Assembly (NCBI RefSeq): GCF_018350175.1
Contig: NC_058369.1
Span: 16,308,001 to 16,372,000 of the forward strand
DNA: 64,000 nt
Direction: 5' to 3'
Source: Felis catus
Lineage: Eukaryota
Below, in pieces: positions 11,285-27,409 of this stretch. Below the pieces are notes generated by a model. The model was not told the DNA's origin. It was given only the letters and a program-made list of their open reading frames with translations, and searched no databases. Position 1 is the stretch's first letter. Each line of letters opens with the position of its first letter. The translations under genes and the position numbers were made by a program.

Positions 11285-14200
11285 CTAAGGCAAAGAGAGA
11301 GGAACAATGGAAGCCCTGGGCCCCGTGGGGACCCAGGACCCCAGAGGGCCCAGAATGCCCACCCTGAGTTCTGTCTGGAAGATTCTTTCGCTCCTTGAGG
11401 TCCTCACTACATGGGGCCCTCCTCCTTCAGCTCCTCAGTTGTGGACCGGTCCCAGGGTTATCAGGCAAAGTCAAAGTCACAGGGGATGGGAGCAGAGCAT
11501 TGCCCGGTGATGCTGACAGAGAGGGGAAAGCCCAGCAAACCCCTCCCCAGGAACTTCCCCTGCCCCCACCCTGGGAGTCACTGCCAAGAGAAGAGCTGCC
11601 AGAACCGCCCAGAAACTCACAGAGCACAAGTTTTCTCCATAATTGGTGGCACAGATCATGTTCCCCAGGACAAGGGGGACAAGGGGGGGGATGAGGGACT
11701 TCTTGCGGTAAATCCGGTTGCACCTCTTGTTGTCCATGATAAACACCTCAGCTTCCCGCAGCTCTGGGGTCAGCGTGGAGTTGGCTGTGGAGGAGCCCAG
11801 TGGGGTGAGAAAGAACTTCTCACTCCGCTCAGCCCTGGCCTCTCCCCAGTGTCCTATCACCTCCACTTCTGACACTCGGCCAAGCCACATCCCTTCACAC
11901 CCCCGTGCCCGCCCTCACCTGTCTGTCTCCCTCCAGCGCGGACCATGTCCGGCAAGCCCCTCGCCCTCTGAGGCTTTCAGGATCCCTCTCTCTGGGCAGC
12001 AGCTGCTTCTGAACCGAGCAGGCCACAATCCAAGTTTCAATGCAACCACTCGCAGCTGGAGACCCCAGCCCCATACTGCTTCTCTCCAGCCTCTGGGCTT
12101 GGCACCGGCTGTGCCCTCTGTCACCTGATTAACAGTCGCTCCTCCTTCAGGCTTCTCAGATGCTCCTCCCGGATCCCTCCCGGCTGGATCTCGAGATCAC
12201 CCGACCAAGTCTTGGCCTCCTTCCTTGCCAGCCTGCGCCCCCCCCCCCCACCCTCAGTTATGACGCCCCGCAGGTAGGGCTCGTGTTCCCAACGCAAGGG
12301 GGCTGGGGTGCGCCAGACGCTCGAGGCTCGTCAGGTGAATGAGTGAGTGAGTGAGTACATTTATGATTCCCTGACTCTGAGCTTCTGTAAGACACAAAAG
12401 ATCGTGCCCAGCGCAGGCGTCGCTAGACCTGCGTTAGTGCCCACAGCAAGCCCAGTGGTGTAAACCGTGAGGACCGTCCTAACACATCCAAACAACTGCC
12501 CAGAGGTGGCAGCCACAAACTTCCTGAGAGGCACCGTGAAAGGGTCTAGCAGCCGAGGCCCCAGAAGGAAGGCAGCACGCCCTCTGTGGTTCCACACCCC
12601 ACCCTCAGCCCAGCGTGCTCACCTGAGAAGCGCTGTCTCACCTGGCCCCAGCCAGTCACCCAGCACTGCGTCCCAACCTTCAGGTTGTAGCTGGCCTCTG
12701 GGAGGCAGATGGGCTGCACGTACTCGCCGAAGATGGCCGGAGTCTGGAGCTGGAGAAGGGCAATGTCACCCGTGATGAAGGTCCGGCCCCAGTACTTGGG
12801 GTGCATGATGATGTCCTTCACGGGGATCGAGACGCCCTTCGGGAAGTCCACGGGCTTCAGCTTGGGGGTGCCGAGAATCACGGAGTACTCTTTGGTGCTA
12901 CGGGAGACACACGGCCTCGGCCAGTCGACGTCAGGTTTCCAAACAACGCAGGGCTCCTACCTCCGCCGAAGACCCTCTCCCTCAGCGGAAGCCCTGCCCG
13001 ATGTGCTCTGCTCTTTCCGTTTTGCTAATCCAGCCTGGAGGCCGTCAGGGCCAGGGATGCTGCCGCCTCCTCATTCCCTGTTCAAGTTGATTCAAGCTGG
13101 CCTCATCTATGTATGGTGTATGCAAGCGTGCAAGTGTTGCTATACGTGTATGTTCTTGTGTGCATGGCGGGGGGCAGGTGTCTGAGGACTGGGGGGTGGG
13201 CAGGGGAGTGTAGGCTGGGTTTTCCTGTCACCTTGCTCAGGAGGCAGTCATGGCTGCTTTGGGCTCCTGCCTCAACTCAGCCCCTGGCGCCCTGTGAGAC
13301 TTTGAGCAGGGCTCTTCCCCATTCCGGATATCCCTTCCTACTCCCCCTTCACCTCCCAACTCCCACATTGTTTCACAGAGGAAATGAGGAGGATGGGCTG
13401 GGCCCATGGCAGCCCTGGGTCTCCAGGCCGTGGACACAGGGGCCACACTCACCCTTGGATGCAGTGGGCAGCAGTCACCACCCAGCTGAGATCAATGAGG
13501 GCCCCTCCACATATGTGTTCATTTTCCAGCCGGAGGCTCACCTCCCAGGGCCAATGTCGGGTCATGTCCAAATCTTCCGACCACCAGGGTCTGCCACAAA
13601 CTTCAGGAACAAGTGTGCCGGGGAGACACGGTGACCACATATTGGAGAATGAGGATACCTGAGACCGAGATGCCCCCCCCCACACCCCGGGACAATTTGC
13701 ACAAAGCTGTGAATTCAGGGTCTTGTTCTCATTTCAAAGATGGGGAGACAGGGTGAGAGAAAGGCACTGTGCTAGACAAAAAAATGACAATGACAGAGAT
13801 AAAAGGCTTCAAGCCAGAGACATAAAGACATCACAGGAGAGAGAGAGATACTGAGACAACAGGGAGAGATTAGCTGGGAACCTCAAAACAAGAGAGAAGC
13901 ATAGAAAATGCCCCAGGACAAGAAATACATTCTCTTGGATCTGGGAGAAGTCCTGAGGCCCTGTTCCCAAAAGGCCATAAGCTTGCTGTATCTCTCAGAT
14001 GCAAAAGGCCTCTGCCCCCACACTACTCAGAGCTAAGAAAAGCTCCTGACTTCTGTGCCAGAAATCTGTACACAGGCCGTTCAAGAAAGAGCCTCCAGGG
14101 GCACCTGGGTGGCGCAGTCAGTTAAGCGTCCGACTTCAGCCAAGTCACGATCTCGTGGTCCGTGAGTTCGAGCCCCGCGTCGGGTTCTGGGCCGATGGCT

Positions 14201-17200
14201 CAGAGCCTGGAGCCTGTTTCCGATTCTGTGTCTCCCTCTCTCTCTGCCCCGCCCCCGTTCATGCTCTGTCTCTCTCTCTGTCCCAAAAATAAATAAAAAA
14301 CGTTGAAAAAAAAATTTTTTTTAAAAAGAAAAACTCAACACATACTAATGACTAAAAAAAAACCCCAAAACCACCTGTTACTTAGCAAAGTAGGAACGGA
14401 AAGGAAATCCTTAACAAAAGTTAGATGCCACAAACCTATAGCAAACACCATACAACATTAAGGAACACACAAAATGACACTATACTGTCAGAAGCCAGGA
14501 ATGATGGTACTTTGTGGGCAGAGGGCAGGAGAATCACCGAGAGAGTAGAAGGGAGCTTTTGGCTCCTGGCATCGTTCTACTTTCTGACTAAGGCAGTGAT
14601 TACACAGATGTATTCTCTACGGGATAATTTCTTATGCTGGACACTTATAATTTATGTATTTGTGTGTATGCAGGTAATACTCCAACAACTGACTTTCGAA
14701 ATCAACGACACTTCTCTACTCCAGCACAATCCACTAGAAATTATATTCGAAACAAGATACATTCTCAATAACAAAAAAATCACAGGCACTGAGGAATTAA
14801 CCTATCCAACACTACGTAAGATTTCTGTGGTGATACACTTTAGACTCTAATAAAGGACACTGAAAATGATCAGCATAAACAGGGAGCCAGCCCTTGTTTT
14901 TACATAAACAACTAGACATTTCAGATGTCTTTCTTCCCAAAGTTAATCTATAAAGTCATTTTCCAAGTTAGAATTTTAGGAAACTTTACACTCTACAACT
15001 GACATAGAAAAACAAAGGTCCATGAATAGCTCAGTCTCTGAGAGAGTGGAACATAAAGGGACACTTGTCCTAGCAGATATCTAGACACACACCAAAACCA
15101 TAATAACAAAAACAGTGTGGTATTGACAAGGACTGACAGATGGAAGCAATGGAAAAGAACAGAGAGCCTGAGGTTGTTCTGGGAACATAGGAATTTAATG
15201 TAAATAAAGGAGCCACCACCATCGGTGGGTGGAAGATGCATGTTGAGTAGACGGCGCTGGGAAAACTGACTCACTATAAAGAAAATAAGAAAAACAAAAC
15301 TGGATTCTTTCCTACCAGCACTCGAAGACCTAAAAAGTGAAAATGTAAAGTTAATGATGAACTGTGTGACATGGGGCGGGAAAGGGCTCCTTAAACAAAA
15401 CTTCAAAACACAGTCCACAGGGGCGCCTGGGTGGCTCAGTCGGTTAAGCATCCGACTTTGGCTCAGGTCGCGATCTCACGGTTCACAGGTTTGAGCCCCA
15501 CGTCGGGCTCTCTGCTGTCAGTGCCGAGCCCACTTAAGATTCTCTGTCTCCCTTCTCTCTCTGCCTCTCCCTGGCTCGCACTCTCTCTCTCTCTCAAAAA
15601 TAAATCAACACTTTTAAAAAATCCATAAAGCATCAAACTGATTACTTTGATTAATCAAGTTAATGACAGACTGGGAGGCAATATTTGCAATTATCTAAAA
15701 TCAGCACAAGACTTTCATTAGGAACATACAGGGAACTCTAGGAAATCAACGAGAAAAAAAGAACAACAGACAACAGGCCAAGGATAAGGGCAATTTATTA
15801 GAAGAAGAAACTCGAGAGGCCAAAAGCACATTGAGGCGTGCTGAAACTCCTTAATACTGAGAAAAACGTCAATTAAATCAAGAAGCCATTTTTCATCTGT
15901 TAGATGGGCGAAAACAGATAAAAGCTGCATCTAGTAGGTCTGTTCACAAATGGCTGATAGGAATGCAGAGGGCTGACCAAATGAGATAAAAGTATGGTAT
16001 CCATGTAAATGTGTGAAGTTGATAAGTGGTTGATAAGTAATAAGTTGATAAGTTGATACTACGGCTACGTAAAGGAATATTCTTAGAAAATACACACCTA
16101 CATACTTAGAGACAAGGAGTCACGGTGTATGTTACCCTCAACTGATTCTGAAAAAATGATGCGTGTGTTCCTTGACCTATTTGTATTCGCACAGTGTTCC
16201 ATAAGTTGGGGGAAACAGAAAGGGATCTAGAGAAACGCCATTGAACGTAAGTTAAATGTACATGCACACAAAACCACAACGTGTATTTTGACGAGACTAC
16301 GCACAAGCAGAGATACGCACTGGACATACAGGAAAGGCTGGAAGGACGGGGAGGGGAGGATGGCAGTGGGGCATGGACAGAAGCAGGAAGAGGTAACTTA
16401 ACTGAACAATTCGTAACAAATCAGGGAGGACCTGTGACCACAGAAGGCCTTGAACAGCAGGAGCAACCCACCATCCCCGCCATCCCTGCCATCTAAGGAA
16501 AAACGCCCTCGGAAAGCAGACAGGTCAGACTAAATTCCAGCTTCCCACACACCCAGAAACACCATCTGTGTGACCCTCTTCAGAACACACCCTCCCAGGA
16601 GCTGAGGTTTTCCTGGCGCAGGGGCTCACCCTCCCCACCTGGTATGGAATTGTTTTCTTTATAACCTGGAGGAGAAAAGGGGGAACAGAAACGAAGGAAG
16701 AGGTCATGAATCGGTTAATTTGTTCATTCGCCAAATATTCCCTCCCCTCTCATTCCATTCCCAGCCTGGAGCCCGAGGCCAGGGAGGGGACAGAGCGTAT
16801 CCAACAGATACCGGCTGTATGTGCCCTCTAGGAACACCCTGTCCAGCAGGGGAGACAGGAGTAAACACACACAGTCGCCTGTGTGCGATCAGTGCAGGGA
16901 CCAGGTCACACGTGTCAGGGGAGCCCAGAAGAAGCGGTGGACAAGGACGCTTCTGAGAAGAAGGGTGATTGTGCCAGGTCTTAAAGATGAAAAGAAGGTA
17001 AAACAGAAAAGTGACAATGACATTCCGTGCGAAAGAAACACCACGGTGTGTGCCAGAGCCTCCAGAGGATAAAGGACAAGGCTCTATGATGACAAGAAAT
17101 GATGCCATGGAGGAAAGTCGGGGTCAGTCACGGAGGGGGGGAGGCTCAGAAGCCAGGCCGAGAAGCCAAGAGACCCTCTGGGAGGAGGGAGGCCGGAGGA

Positions 17201-18570
17201 AGGGTGACATGGTCAGGCTTCTGTTGTGAAGAGGAAGTAGGAAGATGACCGACCAGGCGGTGAGATCCCACCAGAGGCTCCGCAGGACACAGGCAAGAAA
17301 AGAGGCGGTCTAAATGAGGAAGTGGCAGTGAGAACACGCATGGAGAGCTGGATGTGGGGTGCGGGCAGATGGCTAGGTCTTGGGTAACCCCCACTTTCGG
17401 ATTTTAGGGAACAACGCCTCCTATCCACCGAGTTGAGGAGAACAGAATAAGAGAACCCAGTCTGTGGTCAGATGAGAGCCTCAGCTTTGGACCCCAAGGA
17501 GTTGGGAGCAAGGGAGTTACCCTGAGGCAGAGAAGAATCAGGAGTCATGGCTGGAGAAACCAAGGGACTGGAAAAGGTGAAAACGGAGGAAGTGGTAGAA
17601 AAGTCAGGGACAAGGACAGAGGCATGGCCGGAAAGGCTACGGATTACGGGAGAAGGGAGGAAGCAGTGAAGGCAGCACCAAGTGGAAACTGTTACTTGGA
17701 GAAACCTGGCAGTGAGGGGAAGGCGCGGGGAGAGGCAGCTCAGCAGACAGGGAGGGAGAGGTTGGAGACCTCCAAGAAAATGACCGAGCAGCGCGGCGCG
17801 GGTCCAGAGCAGGGTCAGCATCCTGACCTTGAACAGGAGGTGTATCTCTGATTGATAAAGAAAGGGTGGGGGGGCTGAATAGTGGGGTTCGGAGGGGCCC
17901 CTGGGGGCTGGAGGCACTCAAGGAGAACAGCACCTGGGGGCCTGCGTCTTCGGAGGACAAGAGGGGCGCCAACGGGAGGAGTGGGCCGGGGGCAGAAGAG
18001 GGGGACGTGGCATCCCGGTTTCAGCGCACGGAGACCACGCGCCTCTGGCCTGCAGGTCCTGCGCAGCGGCCTGGGGTCTGGGAGGCCAGACCGCGCCTGG
18101 GAGGGCGGCTCGGTCTCGGCCACCAGGCCCGCGTGGACTGAGGAGGAAGTGGCTGCGCATCGAGAGAGAGGAAATGCAGGGGGTTCTCCGCCCTGCAGGT
18201 CCCCAGGAGGCGGCAGGGCGGGTGGCACCTGAGGGAGGCCAGGGCGGCAGGAGGCTGGCGCCATCCTGAGGGGTGGCGGTGGAGGGCGGGTGACGGTGGG
18301 GAGGCGGGGTCCTCAGAGTCCCAGGTAGCCAAAGAGGGGGCCAGGCCGAGGGGCCGCCCTCAAGGGGGGGGGTGCTGGGAGGGGCAGAGCGGGGACTGGG
18401 GAGGGGGAGGTGGCAGAGGACACGCGGACACACGGAACGCACGGCCGCGGAGGAGGCGCAGCCTCACCCGAGTTCAGCAGCGGCGGCAGCAGCAGCAGCA
18501 GGAGGAGGCGGCGGCTCAGGCCCCAGGGCCCCGAGGCTCCAGCGCAGCTGAGCGGCGGCGAGGCGGCCAT
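11069..18570 (-). CDS. PRSS45: Serine protease 45 (TESSP5), 6 coding exons, 310 aa
   Basis: Exons 18468-18570, 16639-16665, 13453-13600, 12623-12897, 11621-11784, 11069-11284 (933 nt, all GT-AG, in frame). Signal peptide, [35 protein letters not shown] and hydrophobic tail. Closely matches the recalled human PRSS45 sequence. Confidence 0.93.
11621..11784 (-). CDS. PRSS45: PRSS45 exon 5
   Basis: [14 protein letters not shown]...[13 protein letters not shown]; cag acceptor, gtgagt donor. Confidence 0.9.
12623..12897 (-). CDS. PRSS45: PRSS45 exon 4 (catalytic Asp)
   Basis: TKEYSVILG...GDIALLQL...QPICLP...[14 protein letters not shown]; tag acceptor, gtgagc donor. Confidence 0.93.
13453..13600 (-). 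CDS. PRSS45: PRSS45 exon 3 (catalytic His)
   Basis: [50 protein letters not shown]; aag acceptor, gtgagt donor. Confidence 0.9.
14098..14330 (+). mobile_element. SINEC_Fc (PRSS45 intron 2)
   Basis: Consensus match. Confidence 0.9.
15421..15620 (+). mobile_element. SINEC within an old L1 fragment (PRSS45 intron 2)
   Basis: Consensus match; flanks ~14340-16300 are L1-like. Confidence 0.85.
16639..16665 (-). CDS. PRSS45: PRSS45 exon 2, 27-bp micro-exon (GYKENNSIP)
   Basis: ttttctcctccag|GTTATAAAGAAAACAATTCCATACCAG|gtgggg. Phase 1-1. Resembles recalled mouse Prss45 GYNENYTEP. Confidence 0.75.
16712..17770 (-). mobile_element. Probable L2 remnant (PRSS45 intron 1)
   Basis: ttcattcgccaaatatt L2 3'-end-like motif followed by purine-rich sequence. 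Confidence 0.45.
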
Positions 18571-18990
18571 GAGGCCCGGGAGGTGCCACCTGCAGGCCCA
18601 GGCACGCGGCGCCGCGAGTCCCGACACGTGAGGGCGCCCCTGACGCACGAGGGCGCCCCCAGCACGTGACGGGGGTCCGGTCACGTGATGGGGCCCCCAG
18701 CACGTGACAACGCGCCAAGCCTTCCCCGACGCCCGCGGGCGCGTTTCCGGCATCTGCGCTGGCACACCTCGTGCCTCTTCCTCGAAAATGACCTCGGAGC
18801 CCCTGATCTGTGATTGCCCCCCGGGTGGCCAAGCCCATGAAAACATTCCCAATTGCTTTAAGCTGGTGACAGCGTCCCCCCCAGTCTGGGTAGTGAAGGC
18901 CCGCCCGAATTGCCAGGACCTGTGAGGCCACCTGGTCGCCCAGCCTCTGACCGCACCCTTGGTCCCCTCCCCGGGCTCGGCGCATTCGAA
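17930..18990 (-). promoter_or_regulatory. CpG island / PRSS45 promoter with four CACGTG E-boxes (18625, 18663, 18682, 18701)
   Basis: High GC and CpG density over exon 1; motifs read directly. Confidence 0.75.
18468..18570 (-). CDS. PRSS45: PRSS45 exon 1 (signal peptide)
   Basis: ATG at 18570, [34 protein letters not shown], donor G|gtgagg, within a CpG island. Confidence 0.85.
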
Positions 18991-19507
18991 AGGCTGACAA
19001 TTTATATTGATTTGAGAGTCTGAAAAGATACAGAAAGCACAAGAAAGGAACATTAAGGCTAGGCAACCCGGGAAGGCATCTTTAGGGAAGTGGCATTTGA
19101 GCTGGACCTATGACTGGAACAAGGACTCTTGGGGAAGTCGTGAGAAGGAAATACATGCCTCCTCTTCCACAGACCATCAAGGGAATGGTCTTGAAAGAGA
19201 TGATGGCGTATACCGGGCCTTGGGCCTTCACAGAGCATTTTCCCAGAAGGATATGGTCTCTGCATCCGCTGGGTGTGACAGAGATTGGGACCTGACCACT
19301 AAGATTCCACCTTCTCTTGTCTAGTTGGGGGATGAGGGGAGGGGTCCAGCTCCAGGGACCACATTCCCCTGCCTGGTATCTAAGGGGGTCCACATAATGA
19401 GTTCCCATGACTAGCAGGTGAGTAGAAGTGATGTGTGTCACTTACATGTCAAGGCAGTCAAGAGGAGGCTGCCTTCTCTCCTCCTGTTAATGACAGCAGC
19501 GTTCTCC

Positions 19508-19665
19508 AGAGCAGCAGAGGCAGTGCCTGGAACTTGTTAGAGATGTGGTTCTCAGGCCCCACCCCACACCTACAGGACTACAAACTCTAGGAGTGGAACC
19601 AGCGATCTGCATTTTAACAAGCTCTCCGGGGAAATCTGATGCAGTTAAAACATGAACCACAGGGC
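19508..19665. mobile_element. MER5A-like hAT MITE
   Basis: cctggaacttgttagagatg...ttttaacaagctctcc...tctgatgca. Confidence 0.7.
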
Positions 19666-20444
19666 TGAGTGGAGCCTTAAGATGGGGGAAAAGATACCTG
19701 CCGACCAAGAACACTTGATTAAGATGTTTTAGGAAGAAGAAGTTAAATTTATTGGGTTAACCCATTTATATTCAGTGGCTTCTTAAAGCCGATGGTTCAA
19801 TACTTATTAATAAGCTCGGTCCCAACCCCAACCTTCCTCCCACAACATATAGGATTGACACGGACTGCCCTCTGAGCCCACGGATATATGGGATCTAAAA
19901 CATTGACCCCTGGAAGGACAGGGGACAGGAGACTGGGAGGAGTTGATCAGAAGCCAGACACAGACAGAGAGATGCTGGGACACTGGACCAGAGAATAAGG
20001 GTAATGAACCAGTGCCTCTGACACCGAATCTCCCTTGCCTTCCTCCCTCTGAGAGTACAAATGCTTGTTAATAAAATGGGCAGCGATAGCAGCAAGTGGA
20101 AGAAGCAGAAGAGAAGGAATATTTCTCATGCTCTAACTTCCTTCCTGCTTCCAGTTTTGGTCTCTTGTGATCCTCTCTTCTGAGCTCCAGGGGCTGGTAA
20201 TTAAGCTACAAAGCTCCGGGCAAACATACTGAGTCCGGGGAGCAGGACCCAGCGAGCTAAAACCATGCAGAGGACTCCCACCCGAGCAGGTGGGGACTTA
20301 ACGGCTCCCTCAAGGGCTCCGTGAAAACCACGAATAGTTTCTTTGCCACATGGGAAACTAGTTTCTCTACAGAGTATGTCATAGGCAACCCCACAACATT
20401 CAGGAGACCGGAACTTCAGAACAAATAAGAATGCACCGCAAATG

Positions 20445-20450
20445 TTTATT
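20445..20450 (-). terminator. PRSS44 polyadenylation signal AATAAA
   Basis: tttatt on +, ~600 nt past the stop codon; equivalent position in the PRSS42 copy. Confidence 0.75.
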
Positions 20451-20484
20451 CATTGGCATCTAACATCTCCACACTCCTTAATGT

Positions 20485-24709
<4,225 letters not shown>

Positions 24710-25129
24710 GGGCCCGCCGGCGCCGCGCCTCTCGCAGCGCCCCCTCGCGGCGGCTGGCGGCCCTGCCCTCGCGTTGGCGGGAAACTGCGTTCCGCGGAGA
24801 TCAAGGTCCCGCCGCGCCCGCTGGATGCCCTGACGGGTGGCGCAGGCCGCGGAGTCGTGACTCGGGGACGCTTTTCGTCCCGACTTTGCGAGCCTCCCGG
24901 GCACTTGGTGCCCGGGCCTTGGACCCGGCACAGGGTGCCACCGCTGACCCCGCAGCCACGCACCCGCAGCCCCGCGCCCGGCGTGCAGCGCGCCTCGCCG
25001 CTCCTCCTCCCCCGCCGGTTCACGGTCAAGATCAGGACTGCTCCGCGGACACGGACACGCTGCCCTCAACGGCACCCACCACCGCCTTAGAGATGGCAGT
25101 GCCACCTTTTAAAAATCAACCTCCACCTA

Positions 25130-25350
25130 GGGGCGCCTGGGTGGCTCGGTCGGCTGGGCGTCCGACTCCGGCTCAGGTCATGATCTCACAGTTGGTGGGT
25201 TCGAGCCCCCGCCCGTCGGGCTCTGTGCTGACAGCTCAGGGCCTGGAGCCTGCTTCAGATTCTGTGTCTCCTCCTCTCTCTGCCCCTCCCATGCTCATGC
25301 TCTGTCTCGCTCTGTCTCTCAATAAAAAATAAACGTTAAAACAAAAATTT
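25130..25350 (+). mobile_element. SINEC_Fc upstream of PRSS44
   Basis: Consensus match; TSD aaaaatcaacctccacct. Confidence 0.92.
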
Positions 25351-25720
25351 AAAAATCAACCTCCACCTGAACGGAGCCGTTAGCGCAGGGCAAATGCAAA
25401 CCACGATGAGATATCACAACACACCACACCAGCAGACTGGCTAAAATAACAGACCTTGACAACCCCGATTTGTCAACAAATCTTGACACGGGTGCAGAGG
25501 TACACTCAGACATTGTGGTAAGAATGTAAAAATATTACAGCCACTCTGGAAAACAGACACTGGCAGTTTCTTATAAAACAAAATGTGCAATTACCATACG
25601 ACCCAGTAATTGCATTCCTGGGCACTTACCCCAGAGAAATGAAGCCGTATTACACACACACACCTATAGGAATGTTTTTAGTAGCTTTATTTTTAATAGC
25701 CAACATCTGGAAACAACCCT

Positions 25721-27250
25721 GTAATAGACAGAATACGGGCAACCCAAAGATGTCGGGGTTCTAATCCCCGGAACCTGTGAATACGTTACCTTACGTGGCA
25801 AAAGGACGGTGATTAAATGAAAACTCTTGAGCGGGGAGATCATCCCAGAGTGCACACATAAGAGCGGCCGCAATGCTCTGTAGTTCCTCCTATGAAGAAA
25901 CGAAGTCAGGCTGTAGTAGCCTATCACTTGGGCTGTGTGACCCAGCAAGCCCCATCGAGCTAGTTTGCTGGTAAGATTAAAATGCGGTAAGGAGGTAAGG
26001 AGTCTCTGCTCTGTCCTAAGTACAGAGAGACAGTATAGACTCTCACAGTACTGGAACGAGACGATACTGTCTGCAGCAAAGAAGTTGTGAAATTGTACAT
26101 TCTTTGAAAAACAACTCCCGGCACGCCACCGCACCCTAGAAAGAAACTAACGGCCAGACCATGGGACATGAAGTGACTGAGAGTCCCATGCCTCCTCTCA
26201 TAATGTAGCTATTTAGCCAGACTCACCAAGTCATAAACTCAGCCAGACAAAGCAATTCATCATTCAATGGACATGATATATGTGGAGTTGGGTCATGATA
26301 GGTCTTGAAGACAACAAGTAAATTGCACAAAAGCAATGGCCTAGACCTTCATATCACCTACTTGTATTGAATTAAAGCTTCTCTCTCAGTTCATACCCAT
26401 AGCTTTATAAGGGGTGTCCTATCACCAGCTGATGAAAGAGTAAAAACCTGGGCCTCGTTCACAGATGGGCTCAAAATCTTGGTGCCAGCTGAAAACAGAC
26501 CGCTGTTGCACCAGAACCTCATTCAGGAGTGGCCCTGAATGGCAGTGATGAGGAGAAATCCTGTGCATAGGGCTTCAAATAGTGCACTTGGTCATCAGCT
26601 TGCTGCAAAAGGAGAAGTGGCCCGAAGAAGAATATAAATGGGCCCCTGAACAACGATGAATGGCTTGTCTGGTTGGTCAGGGGCTTAGAGAGGCCAAAAC
26701 TCCACAATTTGGGAAAGACGTACCTGGATGCACCTGTGGCAGTGGAAACCACTGAGCCCACCAGTGAGTATCCACTGCCAAGGAGCCACTCAACGGCCAA
26801 GTGGATAAGATGACGCCTCCGCTGGAGATCGGCTAACACGTGCCCTTGTCAACCTCCATGCTTGCAGTGTCCAATAACAGAGTATTTGTGTTGGCAAGAT
26901 TGGAGGATATTCGTCCACCCAATAAAACAACATGGGGTTCCTCTTACCAAAGCCGATGTAGCTCCTACTGCTGCTGGATGTCCAACCTGTCAGCATCAAA
27001 GGTCAATGCCAACCCTTGAAATTCAATTTCAGCCTTGAGATTTGCTACATCCCTAAAGGAGACCAAGCAGCTATTCGGTAGCACGATTATTATATCCATG
27101 TATTTGCACCCTGGGGGGCTAGCGGTTCGCCCTTTCAAGACTCTGTGGCGCAGTATGTGAGGGGGGATCCCACGATGATAACTCAGACGCTCCATGAGTC
27201 ACTGACAGTGTGCTGAACAGGCACTCTAGGCAGACGACGCTTTCCAGCTT
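25721..27250 (+). mobile_element. MLT1-like LTR fragment followed by degraded ERVL pol-like internal sequence
   Basis: MLT1-like start (tgt...cctgtgaatacgttaccttacgtggcaaaagg). Degenerate RNaseH-like reads FTDG (~26460) and SGVALNGSDEEKS (~26523), resembling ERVL SGVALKDSGEGKSSQWAEL. Confidence 0.6.
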
Positions 27251-27409
27251 TCCGATACTTAAATACTTTTCTGACAACAGTAGTGGTAATATAAGTAATT
27301 GTGATTTTTGATGTTGTGTCGTGAAATGTGTCAACAGCGAGCCAATATTTTCCGACGATTCTACAAAATTATGGTTGAAAGATCCATTCGAAGTGAAAGA
27401 CCATTTGAT

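Noticed and set aside
16017..16057. Tandem gttgataa (GATA-like) repeats in PRSS45 intron 2
   Set aside because: Short slippage expansion inside L1-like sequence, with no other support for function.
18571..19053. 161-codon in-frame extension upstream of the PRSS45 ATG
   Set aside because: It runs through GC-rich promoter DNA and would bury the signal peptide; no supporting homology.
24710..25105. 132-codon open frame upstream of the PRSS44 ATG
   Set aside because: It begins at GTG in a CpG island where stop codons are naturally rare.
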